A stretch of DNA of 64,000 bases from Blasia pusilla (lineage: Eukaryota), in the NCBI GenBank assembly GCA_050084515.1, contig CM114271.1, forward strand, positions 32,302,001 to 32,366,000, given 5' to 3'. Position 1 is the first letter of the stretch, and each line of letters starts with the position of its first letter. Shown one piece after another: positions 1-12,445 of this stretch. The position numbers were made by a program, and so were the translations under genes. The notes beneath the pieces were generated by a model. That model searched no databases, was not told where the DNA came from, and was given only the letters and a program-made list of their open reading frames with translations.

Positions 1-916
1 TAAACCCTTGCATCTCTACAATAATATTGCTCTCATGTTCCCAAGTCTCCACGATATTGATGATGTCCGCCATCTCCCAAATTGGTAGAGCACTCACATA
101 CTTTGTTGTTGAAAGGCCTCGTACATTCCACATCAACACTCTCAGCTTCTTGGATTGCTAGGTTGATAACTCTCTTTTTCTCTAGGTAACAATTGTTCGA
201 CCATCGCGTAAATAAGCAATAAAACCTGCTTCTTGAGCCTCTTTGACCTTTGCAAGCTCCTTTCTCCTAGCTTCGACTTGTAGAAGTGTAAGATCAGGAT
301 CCAACCATATCCTACGTCCTTTGAGAATGGCCTTGTTAGCCATAGCAGTATCACGTTTAGTTTGATCAACAAACTTAACTAGAATGGCACGAGGTTGTGT
401 TCCCATTTTCCCAATACAAAAATCTTAAACCAAGTCCGGGTTATGAACATGAAGTGTATCAACCAAGAACTTGGTGACGACACTCTTCACCTCTTCGCTC
501 TCTGTTTCTGGCAAACTTGAGATTCTCACATTCTTTCTATGGGCAAATTGGTTTTCCTGTTCTATCTCTTGCTCTTGATAGAAAGAGATATGAGGAACCT
601 TTGTACCTTCAGCATAAGATTTCATTTTCACTTCTAACGTTTCAACAACCTCATGCAATCTTGAACTATTGGGAGTAGTCACTAATGATGATGCCTTCTC
701 TTGAACATCCGCAACAGATTTGGAAAGATCGAGCATCACACTAGAACTATCTTTCAACACTTTCTTCAAAACGTCTTGCGTTGCCTTTAACTCTCGGATT
801 TGAATATGTGCAAGGTTTAATTGAGAATTTTTTACCTTGAATTCTTATTGAAGCTCTTTCAATTCATGCAAGACCACTTGCACTAGATTCAAGATTTCCT
901 CTTGAGTAGTCATCAT
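1..916 (-). mobile_element. 5' part of a non-LTR retrotransposon (LINE): decayed ORF1 followed by the start of the ORF2 apurinic-like endonuclease, running off the window edge
   Basis: ORF1 fragments RKNVRISSLPE...PRAILVKF...IWLDPDLT (182-769) resemble L1/CR1-type ORF1. Manual translation of 144->1 gives LRVLMWNVRGL...ADIINIVETW, the APE N-terminal WNVRG and ETW motifs. Confidence 0.85.
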
Positions 917-1024
917 GTAGTCGACTTCACTACATCCCAGATATTGCACGACCTCCACTCAAGTATAACCAAATCTCCAACACCACACAACTTCTGCTCA
1001 AGAAATTGGTTATAATTGAAATTC

Positions 1025-2323
1025 GTAGGACTAGGGCGCCTCTTAAAATCTCAACTTCATATGACACTCTACCTCAAAAATATGGCCTCAGCAAGATTCA
1101 GATCTGAAATCCAAAAATCTACAAAAGTAGAAACTCAAATATCTCACAACTTCGTCTCTGTGACTCGGTTGTGCTTGCAATTTTGAGGGCTAAGGCGCCT
1201 TCTTACACTCCACATTACCTAAAAATCTCAGTTTCATATGACACTTTGCCTCCAAGATATGGCCTCCGCAAAATTTAAATCTGAAATCATAAAATCTAGA
1301 AGAGCAAAAATTTAAATCTCTCACAACTTCATGTTTGTAACTCTGTTGTGCTTGCAATTTTTAGTGCTATGGAAAATCTTTACATTCCACATTGCCTCAA
1401 AATATGAGCTTCATATAACACTCCACCTCAAAGATATGGCCTCCGCAAGATTCAAATATGAAATCATGAAATCTAGAAGAGCAAAAAATTAAATCTCTCA
1501 CAACTTTGTCTCTGTAACTTGGTTGTTCTTGAAATTTTAAGGACTAAAGAGAATTTTTATAGTTCATGTTGCCTAGAAATCTCAGCTTCATATGACACTC
1601 CACCTCAAAGATATGGCTTCCGCAAGATTCAGATCTAAAATCCTGAAATTTACAAGAGTAGAAACTCAAATCTCTCACAAGTTCATGTTTGTAACTTGGT
1701 TGTGCTTGTAATTTTGAAAGCTAGGGCGCCTCTTTACATTCCACGCTGCTTCAAAATCTCGACTTCATATTACATTCCACCTTAAAGATATGGCCTCCGC
1801 AAGATTCAGATCTGAAATCATGAAATCTAGAAGAGCAGAAACTCAAATCTCTCACAACTTCGTCTTTGTAACTCGATTGTGCTTGCAATTTTTAAAGCTA
1901 GGGCACCTCCTTACACTCCGCATTTCCTCAAAATGTTAGCTTAATATTACAGTCTATCTTAAAGATATGGCCTCCGTAAGATTCAGATCTAAAATCATGA
2001 AATCTAAAAGAGTAGAAACTCAAATCTCTCACAACTTCGTCTCCGTAATTTGGTTGTGCTTGCAATTTGGAGGGCTAGGTGCCTCTTCACACTCCACGTT
2101 GCCTCAAAATCTCAGCTGCATATGACATTCCACCTTGAAGATATGGCCTCCGCAAGATTCAGATCTGAAATCCTGAAATCTACAAGAGCAGAAACTCAAA
2201 TCTCTCACAACTTCGTCTCTGTAACTCGATTATGCTTCCAATTTTGAGGGCTAGGGCACCTCTTCACACTCCATGTTGCCTCAAAAATCTCAGCTTCATG
2301 TGACACTCCACCTCAAAGATATG
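1025..2323. repeat. Tandem array of a ~177-bp unit, about 7.3 copies
   Basis: The anchor TATGGC(C/T)TC recurs at 1081, 1258, 1435, 1612, 1789, 1966 and 2142, with a truncated copy at 2320. Periods are 176-178 bp. Confidence 0.95.
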
Positions 2324-2599
2324 ATCGGGGTGACATTTCACCGCACGATTGCCCCCCTTGCTCTTGAAGTAAGTCTTCAACATGTATTTCCAACAACATA
2401 TGTTTGTACACAACATACATTGATGATTACATCTACACCACACAAAACCGATCTTTCCCACACACGGGTAGATCCAAACATGTATAAAAATCAACTCATA
2501 CATATACATGGAGATCACACAACCGTCCCCTAGTTGGCAGTTAGATCCCCCTAACTCCAGATAGAAAATATCACATCTCTCTCACATGACCTATTACCC

Positions 2600-5200
2600 T
2601 AGACATATCTCGGACACATCCATTGTCCTGTGGGAACTACATCAAGAGGGGGGGGTCAAACATGATATATGCCACCCTCGAGAACAACCATCACATATCA
2701 ATATGGTGGCTGCACCCCTCGCAGATCTACACAAGCATGCAGGTACCACTGCCAAGCTCGGATCCACTGTCCCGTCTACGTTCGGAAGATGATGTGGCGC
2801 ACAATTGCGCACATGATCCTTCCAAACCATACCACCCCGTCCCTCCAACATGAGGACTCCGGTCGGTAATACCTCGCGCACACATAGGATTGTGCGCCCT
2901 AGAGTGACATCTAGCGTCGTGGATGCCATCTGTTGTAAATGCACGTAATCTCCAGGATGAAACCTCATAATCCCTGGATGATAACCTCCTCCACGAATGG
3001 TTGCATACCTCAATGTATCTCTATGTTGAGCAATAGCTAAGTTCTCAAAGGCCATAGGCATAACTCTACGAAAAACCTCCACCCTCTGAGAACATGCTTG
3101 TACCCACACATCTGGATCATCAAGATCTAACACCTCTGCCATGTCACGTCGAATATTTGCAAGTAAATTTGGCTCTCTACCAAAGAGCAAAAAGTACGGT
3201 GAAAATGACGCCAAGGATGCATGCCGACTAAAACGATAATCCATAGCCAACCATGGCAATTGTAGGTCCTACTCCCTCAACTATCCCCGTTGCAAGCCAT
3301 ACTTACGCAATCCTCTCCTCATCCTCCCATCCGTCTCAAGATGATCTTTGGACGTGGTGCGGTGATCTATCAGCGCTTGATCACACAAGGCCTGAAACTC
3401 TCCCCTAAACTCGGTACCCTGGTCAGTCAACACCTCCGTCGGGGCACCAAAATGACTAATAAATGGTAAATGGTAAATGGTAAATAGATCAGGCCCGTGG
3501 GACCCAAAGGATCAAAAGGCTGAAAAACACATTACAAGTCATTCATGCACTGACCCTGAAAAAGATCCTTAAGATCTTCTCCTAGCTACAGCCTAGAGCA
3601 CTTTAGCGATGAATGATGACGTCCCTAAGATAACAACCTAAATCATAAGGCACTAGCTTTAGTAAAGAATAGAAATTCTCCACATCTATTTTATGAGCTA
3701 GTCTAATCTCTTCATACCTTGGACATGTAACAAACACATGCTCTTCATCCTCAATATTTTCTCCGTCACATAACTTACAAATTCGTTCACTTCTATCAAT
3801 TTTAAACCATCGTCCTTCCTCAATTCCTAGCCTATGAGACCCAGTTCTATGACGTGCAATAATATTTCGTAAGAAAGTGGAGATCCCCGCAAGTAGGTAT
3901 CCTTATTCACAATATACAAGCATAGGATTAACATGAAGTTGATAAAACTCCATTTTGGTGCCCGGACTGCTCCAAATGATGTTGAGAAATTGCTTTTGTA
4001 GATGCTCACGGAGGGCCATCGGTTTCAAGTCCCAATCGCTTTCCGCCACATTGCACTTTGAAGACCAAGTCACCACATCCGCCATCCACCTTATGGAACG
4101 TGTGGCTCGCAAAGCTTGATGAGGGAGGCGAGAAACATCAAGAGATCTCACCCTTGCGATGTAAGTGATGGTCAAGTAAAGAGCTTAAGCTTCTAGAGGA
4201 AGAAAACCTGTTTCCGCAAGAAGAATAGCATACGGAGTTTGGTTTCTTACACCCAATTCTTCTTGTAGAAAGATCTTTTGCACTCTTTCCACGTGATCCC
4301 AACCTGTCTTCTTACAACTAGAGCCCCAAACTTGGGTCCCATATAAGATCACCGACAACACTAAGCTCCTAAATAAGAATTTCTTAAGACTCCAAGACAC
4401 AAGATGAGCTCTTCTACACCGGTTTAAAAATGAATATAGAGCTTTGTAACTAGCTTCTACTCTCTTTTGCACGCAAAGTGCCCAACTATAGTCATAAGAG
4501 AAATCGATGCGTAGATATTTGTAACTCTTCATTTGTTCTAATTGTAGACCTTTGTAAAAGAACGAGAACTAGGATCTAGTACCCACTATAATGACTTTAG
4601 ACTTCTCTATATTAACCTCCATCTGATTCTGGGTATAAAACCTTGCTAAAGTGTCGAGGTGCTTTTGTAAACTTATGCCATCATATGCTTTTGTAAACTT
4701 ATGCCATCATAAGTTGTTCCCTTGCTTGCCTTATCCGGTAGTGACTAAGCACACGATCTAGGAGCGCATAAGCTGTTCCCTTGCTTGCCTTATCCGGTAG
4801 TGCCACCAACTCTATCCACTTGGAGAAATGCTCCACCATGACCAACACATACCTGTGATGACGCCCCGTCAATGGCAAAGGTCCCGCAAAGTCTAAACTC
4901 CACCGATAACCTAAACCCATAATCGGCAAAGGATGTAACTGCAGAGTGGGAGCATTTAAGGATGCTCGCACTCTGTCACATACCATACATCTGGCCACAA
5001 ACTACTGTACCCCAGTATGAATGCCACGCCACCAATACTGAACCTGGAGTAAGTTATAAGTGCGCTTTACTCCAAAATGCCCCAACTCCTCATGGGCATG
5101 TCGCACTACACGTGCTCGTTGGGAAGGATGAGGTACCACTCATATCCTACCATCTTCCCATACCTGCAAAATATGAGTCCCCTCCCACCTAAACCTCATA
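2600..5200 (-). pseudogene. Gypsy integrase (HHCC + core) with a C-terminal PHD finger, interrupted by a LINE insertion at 3460-4741
   Basis: GHFGVKRT...CMVC, RWSLDFAGPLP, VEHFSKW, then after the insertion FGAPTEVLTDQG and FSPYFLLFGREP. The C-terminus reads LICDGCSRGWHISCLTPP/LDVVPTGQWMCPR with a frameshift in a poly-C run. Confidence 0.88.
3460..4741 (-). mobile_element. 5'-truncated LINE (C-terminal RT region and CCHC finger) inserted into the Gypsy integrase
   Basis: ORF2 fragments YKYL..., ILYGTQVW, SHRLGIEEGRW...ICKLC...EDEEHVFVTCP. The 3' tail is a short (TAAATGG)n repeat at ~3460-3485. A 7-bp TSD TGACTAA lies at 3453-3459 and 4742-4748. Confidence 0.88.
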
Positions 5201-5373
5201 GCTCTCTATAGGATCCGATCCCGCTCCCTAGCACTCACTGTGCCCACTATGACCCCAGTGCGCAAGAACTCCACAACCTCCACATCGTCATGGACATCAC
5301 GACCACATGTTGCCTCCTCACTAACCTCCACATCCAAAGACTCATCATCCAATCCCACCACTGGAGTCATCAC

Positions 5374-6870
5374 CTATGACTGACCTACCATAGTCAACCA
5401 ACAAAGATAGGCAGATGCATGCCCACCGGGCACCATCTCCTCATCACTCTCTCCATGCCATCGAGCTCCTGTATCGTCTCTTTGATTCGGACATGGGTTA
5501 CGACTCAATCCATCCGCATCTTGGTTCAGCCGACCTAGCCTGTGAACCACCTCAAACTCATACTCCTGTAGTAATAGAGCCCACCTGGCAAGCTTTCCCG
5601 TAAGCTTGTCGGACTCCATCAACCACCTCAACGGCTGATGATTAGTGATAAGTGTGAAAGGGTTGCCGAATAAATAGCACCTGAAATGTGCCACGGCCCA
5701 CACTATAGCCAAGCACTCTCCCTCATAGGAGCTGTACTTTGCCTCTGCAATGTTGTTCAATCGGCTCGCGTAAGCCACAACGAACTCCCTCTCCTCGTCA
5801 TCCCTCTGAGTAAGCACTGCTCCTAGATCCAACATGCTCCAATCCGTATATAACTGGAATGGGCGACCCCTAACCGGTCTCTGTAAAATGGATGAGGACG
5901 TGAAGCTCTCCTTGAGCTCTTGAAATGCTCGCTCTTGATCATCTCCCCACAACCAAACCTGATCAAGTCTCGTCAACAAAGTCAAAGACTTTGCGATCGC
6001 ACTAAAACCCTTGACATACCGTGGATAGAAGTTTGCCACTCCAAGAAATGCTCAGACTCGACTCACATCTGTAGGGCGTGGAATCTGCGCAATAGCCTCC
6101 ACCTTTGTCTGCTAAACGCCTAACCCACTCGGGTATATAGTGTGTCCCAAGTACTCAATCTACTCCTGAAAGAATCTGCACTTGCTTGGATGTAACTTCA
6201 CTCCATGTAACTCCAATCGCTGAAACACCTCCTCCAGGTGTCACCCATGCTCCTCAACCGTGGAACTGAAGATAAGAATATCATCTATGTAACATCATAT
6301 AAATTCCAAGCCAGCCAGAATCATATCCATCACTCGCTGAAACTCTACAGGCGCGTTCTTCAACCCAAATGGTAAGAACCGCCAATGATACAAGCAATCT
6401 CTCCCGAACCGATCTATCCCCCATAATGTTGTCTTCTCCTTGTCTTCCAACCTGATAGGAAGTTGATGATAGCCAGCACAGAGATCTTAAGTACTGAAGA
6501 TCTTTGCATGCCCTACCGCATCAAAGATCTCCTCAGGAGTAGGCATGGCGTATCGATCTGACCTCGTTTGTCGATTGATAGGACGGTAATCTCCACACAT
6601 CCGTATATCCATCCAATTGCCATACATATCCTAGCTTCTTCGCTAACATGATTGTGGTAGATGCATACTCCCCATGTGGTAATTCCACAAGTCCTGCCTC
6701 CAACAAGTCCTGACTCCTGTTCTGAATCAAGGTTCGCTCCGTATTAGAATACTTGTAGGGTTGACAAAAGATTGGCGTATCACTAGCCAACTCAATCCGT
6801 ATCCCGGGACCCTTCAGCGTACCTAAGTCTCTCATACTGAAGGCAAAACAATTGACATGCCCTCTCAAAA
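5374..6870 (-). pseudogene. Gypsy reverse transcriptase and RNase H
   Basis: LPFGLKNAP (~6350-6380), CYIDDILIFS (~6270-6295), FQLYTDWS, YSSYEGECLAIVWAV, KLARWALLLQEYEF, NQDADGLSR. Several stops and frameshifts. Confidence 0.93.
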
Positions 6871-7239
6871 ACCTATGAACTCGCCGTCACTCTCCTCCTA
6901 TCAACTTGACACCTATCACAAGCTCCCAAGTCCCCATCGTGACACTCGGAGAGGACGCAACCTCCGACTTTGGTTCCTATGTAGCAACTCTAGCCACCTC
7001 CGCAACAGCTACTCCACTCTGACCTCCTACACCATGCTCCACATCCAAAAAATGAACATGTGCTACTGTGGCCACCTTCGCACTCTCTGCTCGAACGATG
7101 TCCCAAGAAGTCCATGGGTGTCTATCTCTTCTCGTCCCGCCCCCAGCCAATGCCTATACAGACCCTATAGGCAATGGTCCAGCTTGTGGACGTGATGAAA
7201 TGGATAACACTCACATCCGTCTCTCCTCAGCCATACCTA

Positions 7240-8175
7240 AGCTGACTATCAATGTGAGACAGTTGAGGTCCATCGCCTGTCCCAACACCTATCTTCGGGA
7301 TGCCTCAGTCATACCTAGCACCGCCGTAGTACCTATAGCAAACCCCATGGCGCGCTCGCGCTCATCTGCTGTAGGCTCCTCCAATGCTCTGGTCACCTCA
7401 TCCCAAATCATGCCTGGTCCTCCCTAACGAAAGGCATGGGATGCTGGGAAGCTCACCAACGTAGGTAAGGTTGCCCTCAACTCCCCCACCCTATTGGCCA
7501 TCGCCAACGGTGGTCTATCATCCCGTGTCACCATTTGAGATCGACGCCCTAAGCCCAAAATAGCATCCACTGTGAGATGTGGTGCTCTCTGGACTCCATC
7601 GTATGCTCAACTCAGTACCTTTGATGGTATCAGGTTCGTCCATCATAGTCATAGACGATGGGCACGTGATCCAACTCTCGCTGCATCTAGCAACACAGTA
7701 GGTCCCAACCAGAACCTCACCTAATGCACATACGTCATCACACGTGCACGAGTGTCTCCCAACAACGGCACGTTCTCCAAAATGTACGTTTGAGAACATG
7801 TCTAACTCTATTGCAAGTGCCATACTACTCGCAGCATCTCCCAAACCATCCTTGACCTCGGATCCTGCAATCCAAATCCTCGGCCAGTTGATGAATGACC
7901 CTGACAAGGCCATCCAGAAATCACCAAATGAATGGTGCCAACTCTATCCAGATTTTGCGCCCCCACCAAAGAGATGTATGTTGATATCCCCGTACTGCAC
8001 ATACAGGCAATAACTCAAGATACCTGTGGACCAATCTCGCTACGTAACGTAATGATACTCGCTGCGCGGTCTCATCTCTCCACATAAAGGTACTGATGCA
8101 CCCGTATGCAAGCCTCCAATATTGCAGCCAATCCAGTGCTAATCCCTCCAAAGAGATCTAACACCCTAACACCCT
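7240..8175 (-). pseudogene. C5 cytosine DNA methyltransferase domain embedded in the Gypsy polyprotein between protease and RT
   Basis: Manual translation: motif I VLDLFGGISTG (~8135-8165), motif IV LVISGWPCQGHS, GLQDPRS, motif VI YILENVP (~7765-7790), motif VIII DAARVGSRAHRL*L*WTNL, motif IX EPTADERERAMGF, motif X RR*VLGQAMD. Two frameshifts near the N-terminus and several in-frame stops. Confidence 0.9.
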
Positions 8176-8605
8176 CCTCTACACACTGCCACACAACGGG
8201 TGTGGTATCCAGTGGGGTCAACGTCTCCACTCCAAGAGCCCAATCGCCACGTGACTCTCGCTGCTCCAGGATAAAGGCATGACTCTAGGCCTGCCTCACG
8301 AGGTCGTCGGCACTCCTCTATAGCTCTCGAGTCATACCCCACAATGGTGAAGAGGTCTCACCAACACGGGAAGAGACACCAGCCATGTCCTATCTCTCCA
8401 TGGGACTATCCGCTACTAGGACATCCTCCGCATGTGCGTTCCCCTCCAACAACTCTCCTGGCCAACTAACACTACTTGTGAAAGCTGCCAACGTGGTCAC
8501 ACACTCGTCTCGTGATCGACCACCTTGTCCCGCAAACTGCACCGGTAACCGACTTATCCGCCCGTCACCTGACCGCCATCCAGGCCGATAAGCAACGGTC
8601 TCCTC

Positions 8606-9076
8606 CTAGAAGTCAAGGATGAATCCTAGGGGATATAACACTATACTCCCCACCAATACATTGTACGACTCAGCTGGTGTCGTAATCTCACATGTGCGCA
8701 CCATAGCACTATCTGTCGCATGCTCTGGCTGGACTCTGACAACTATCTCCTCTCGAGTCATATACTGCGTGGGTGATACATCCCCAATTAAGGTCTGTAT
8801 CTGGAAGGGACAAGTCTCAATGTCGGCCTTCCGTAATCCCAATGCTAAACACGTGGCCTTCCCTAACATCAAGGGCTGCGCTCCCGAATCAAGTAGGATG
8901 CGCTGCGGGTGGTAAACTATCCCCGTCGGACTAACCAAGCGAAATACTCGAGCTCGGTTATCCAGTAACACTACTCCATGTGTCACCACTCCTCGCTCTA
9001 TGGCCGATTGAGCTGGCATATCTACCAACTTTGCCCGTGCCGCATGCCATGACTCTGTCGGGAACGTCCCGAGCAC
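8606..9076 (-). pseudogene. Gypsy aspartic protease
   Basis: ILLDSGAQPLML active-site motif and downstream YNVLVG. Confidence 0.85.
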
Positions 9077-9336
9077 CGGCTCTTAGGGCAAGTCCACCAT
9101 CTTCTCAACTACCTCTGAACAAGAAGCAGTCACCTCTCCACGCTCACACAACGTGGCGGCCAATTGGAACACCTCAACTGGTCCAACTCCCAATGTCGCC
9201 AACTCTATGGCGAAAAATAACGGAGTCTGACTCACTCTAGTGGCCACCTCCAACACTATGGTCGACACTGACTCCACTCGAGCCGGCATAGGAGTTGTCA
9301 CTCCAACTCCTCATGAAGTCGATGTACGTGCCTGAA

Positions 9337-10391
9337 CTAGAGGCACCGCTGGTCGTCGAGGCACCATCGATGGTGTGTATAGTACCTCCGACAATGTGAA
9401 TGATTGTGGAATCCTGGCTTGCCGCTCATCGGTCCCCTCCGGTCTATCTCTGGACATGCCTCTTGACGAAGGTCAAAACATCTATCCCTAGTGTGACCAT
9501 ATCTCTGGCAATAGTCACACTTGTATTGTGGTGGGGCCATCCTTTGTGGCTCCTGAGCAATCGCAGGCACTCGTGGTCCTCTCCCATGCTGTGTGCAGTC
9601 TCTCTGCCTATCGGCCCCTCCACACGTCCAACAAGACAACATCGGTCCTTGTTGGGCAACATATGTAAGTACAGGTCGTTGCCTCATAGGCTCACGGTAC
9701 CTGGCCTGCTCTCTGGACACACTAGCCCGCTCCCGTGGTACTAGTGCTTGCTGTGGCACCTGTGGGGCCACCGTCGCTCGTGGACCCGTCGACTCTCGAG
9801 AAAATCCAGCGGTCACTACCTGCTTCTCACTCATGTTGAGCTCAATACGCTCAGACAACTCAAAGACCACCTTCAATGTGGGCTTTGTTGTGTGAATCAG
9901 CACCACATCTCGGACACTCCTTCGTACTTCTCGGTCTAGAATCCCGTACCAATACTGGACGTGAATGCCTCTCTCAAACTCTCATCCGATCATCGCTGAA
10001 AATCCTGTAGACTCTTCAGCTTGTCGGTGCGTACGCCTTGGTAGCTCTTCCCCAATTGTCGGAAGAACTCCATTGTGGGGCTGAAGCTGGGTGGCCCTCA
10101 ACCACCAAAGATATCTGCCACATCGCCTGTCTCATGGCCCTCCTCTCCATCTAGTCTGCGGGCTGATGGTGTGGGTCTCTCTCCTCTCACGATCCCATCA
10201 TATGCCTCGCAACCACTAGTGGACACATACCCTGGAGCCCAATACATCCTCCAAGCATCAATCTCTACTGAATATAGTGATCGAAACTCCATATAGTCAT
10301 CCATCGGAGGACCCTCCAAATGCTGGAACAACCCCTTCCATGCCATGAAAGGGTTGAACCGTGTCGAGAAGTCTCCTAGAAGTCGCACCAC
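9337..10391 (-). pseudogene. Gypsy gag remnant with two zinc knuckles
   Basis: CWTCGGADRQRDC (degenerate) and CDYCQRYGHTRDRC, located upstream of the protease. Confidence 0.75.
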
Positions 10392-12445
10392 GTGTCGAAC
10401 TCCTGGATAAAATCATCTAAGTCGATGGTGCCCATTGCACCCGAGAAACGACGCATGCCTTGATGGCCCATGTCGTCCATCTCCTGCCAAGTGATACTGC
10501 CTTCGTCTGCGATCTCGTCACCAGACCCAGTGTCTAGTGATGACGATCAAGCCACGGATGGATGTCGAGGTAGCTCCTCACTGGTAACCCCTCGGTATCT
10601 CACTCCACTCCGTGTCACTCCACTACTACTGCTCGCACTACCCCATTCTTCCAAACCCTGGAAGAACGTCGTGATGACAACCCTGTCTCACCCGCTCAAG
10701 CACTCAGACTCACCGAGAGTCTCCCACACTCCTCACTAGCTCACCTATTCTAACATCAATCCCATGATGACAGACCCAAGCTCATGCACACTCAACACTC
10801 ACGCTCACCATGAGCCTCCCAACTGACTCACCTAACCTAGCGACACTCTCTCGGGTCATACACACGATCCCTACTCGACAACCGCCGTATATCCACCAAG
10901 ATGCTACACATGAGAAGAGTCTACACTCGTCACCATCATTGCATCCACCTAGCACCAGCTACTACCCGATACCCAGCACTCTCAATCACACACGACAAGT
11001 GCAGGAAAAGGGACTCGAATGGGTAACCTGATCACGCCCTCCAACCTACGCACCGTCAACACTCACTCCTCCATGTGGTACGGCAACCTCTGCAACACGA
11101 CACTCTCCTTGACCACCATGTCAAACCTCCCGTCAGCACATGCGGACTACTTGTCGGCATCAATGCATGTGTCTCTAACAGTACAACTCCGTCGAAACAC
11201 CCTCCACCAAAATTGTCGGTGCGGATACCCCATGTCACTCACCAATACATCCAATCTCTCGGAAAAATCTCTGGCCCGTGGCCCTATGCGGGCCTCCCTA
11301 AGTATGGGGAGGGGGGGGAGAGTGGAAGAGGGGGAGGGAGACCTGGCCTGCGGCCCTATTCGCTTCCCGACTCCGTGGTCCTCAGTCCCTCTTCCATGAC
11401 CTAACCCTAGCCCGATCGTGCCCTAACTAACTAGCCCCTCGGCGGTTGCAAATGTATGAACACACACTCTCCTCTATCTCCTTCCCGACATCTGCCGTTC
11501 TCCTTTCAATGCTACACCCGAGCATCCTGTCTGCCACTCTGCTGCTGCTCTACTCTAGTCCACTACCCACGAAAAATCTGAGAAAAATGAGTAGCGCTTC
11601 CGCGTACAGCCTTCTGAACATAAAAACGACACACAAACGTCAAATGGTGTCTCCAAGGGCTCCTCGACCGAGGCAACTTGCTTGCCTACCCGCAAATAAA
11701 AAATTCCCTGCCCCCTTGCATCTTTCTCATGAAAAATAAAGAGTAGTAAAAATGGCACAACCAGCCTAAAACTCCACTCCTCAATCTACATCGGCATATC
11801 GAGCCTCGTCCACCCTGTGCTATCAAGGAATCCAGACGCTAGCACCCTAGTCCTAACTCACACACATACAAGAGAGGTGCTCCAACGGCCCAACATGAGA
11901 AAGATGGCTTAGGAAAGCCATCTTCCTCTCTTTCATAGGGTTGGAAAGAGCCAAAAGGCTCTTCCCCTTAAAATAGCCATCCCCTTGGTAACATGCGCGC
12001 ATAGGTTACCAAGGGCGGGTGACCTGGTCAACAAGTCACCCGGCTATGAAAGATCTCAACAAGAAAGTCGTCAGAAACAACGTTCCAGACACAATAAACC
12101 TATCCTCAACCTCATCTGACATTGTGAGACAAAGTTACACTCAAGATAGTCCGTTGGCTCCTACGCCCTATCCACGATAGATCTCGGCCTACCGGCTATT
12201 CATATGTGACAACTCGTTTGCTCTTCACCTTCTTTGTGGCTTGTCTGATTGCATCAATCATCTGTGTTCCTCCTTGCTCCTTTACTTTTTGCTTGATAGC
12301 CACCATCTGGAGCTCCTTCATTTCTGTTCTCCCTTCCTTTGATTTGTTATTACGGCCCCGAAAATAGTTGACTCCTACTGCACAGCCTGCAGAATGCAAG
12401 TTATTCTGTAGGTTCTCAACCCTATGTGTTTTTAACGGTCTGATG

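Larger units (their letters stand above)
2330..12211 (-). mobile_element. Decayed Ty3/Gypsy LTR retrotransposon with gag-PR-C5 DNA methyltransferase-RT-RNaseH-INT-PHD organisation; 3' LTR not found
   Basis: Ordered minus-strand motifs: gag zinc knuckles, LLDSGA protease, C5-MTase motifs, LPFGLKNAP/YIDD RT, TDWS...ADGLSR RNaseH, integrase core, PHD. Integrase after RNaseH is the Gypsy order. The right boundary is taken from where homology to the inverted copy at 56661 ends (TGTCACA). Confidence 0.9.

Noticed and set aside
7240-8175. Host DRM/DNMT3 gene or bacterial restriction-modification contamination
   Set aside because: The domain is intronless, lacks host accessory domains, lies colinearly between Gypsy protease and RT on the same strand, and is decayed like the rest of the element.
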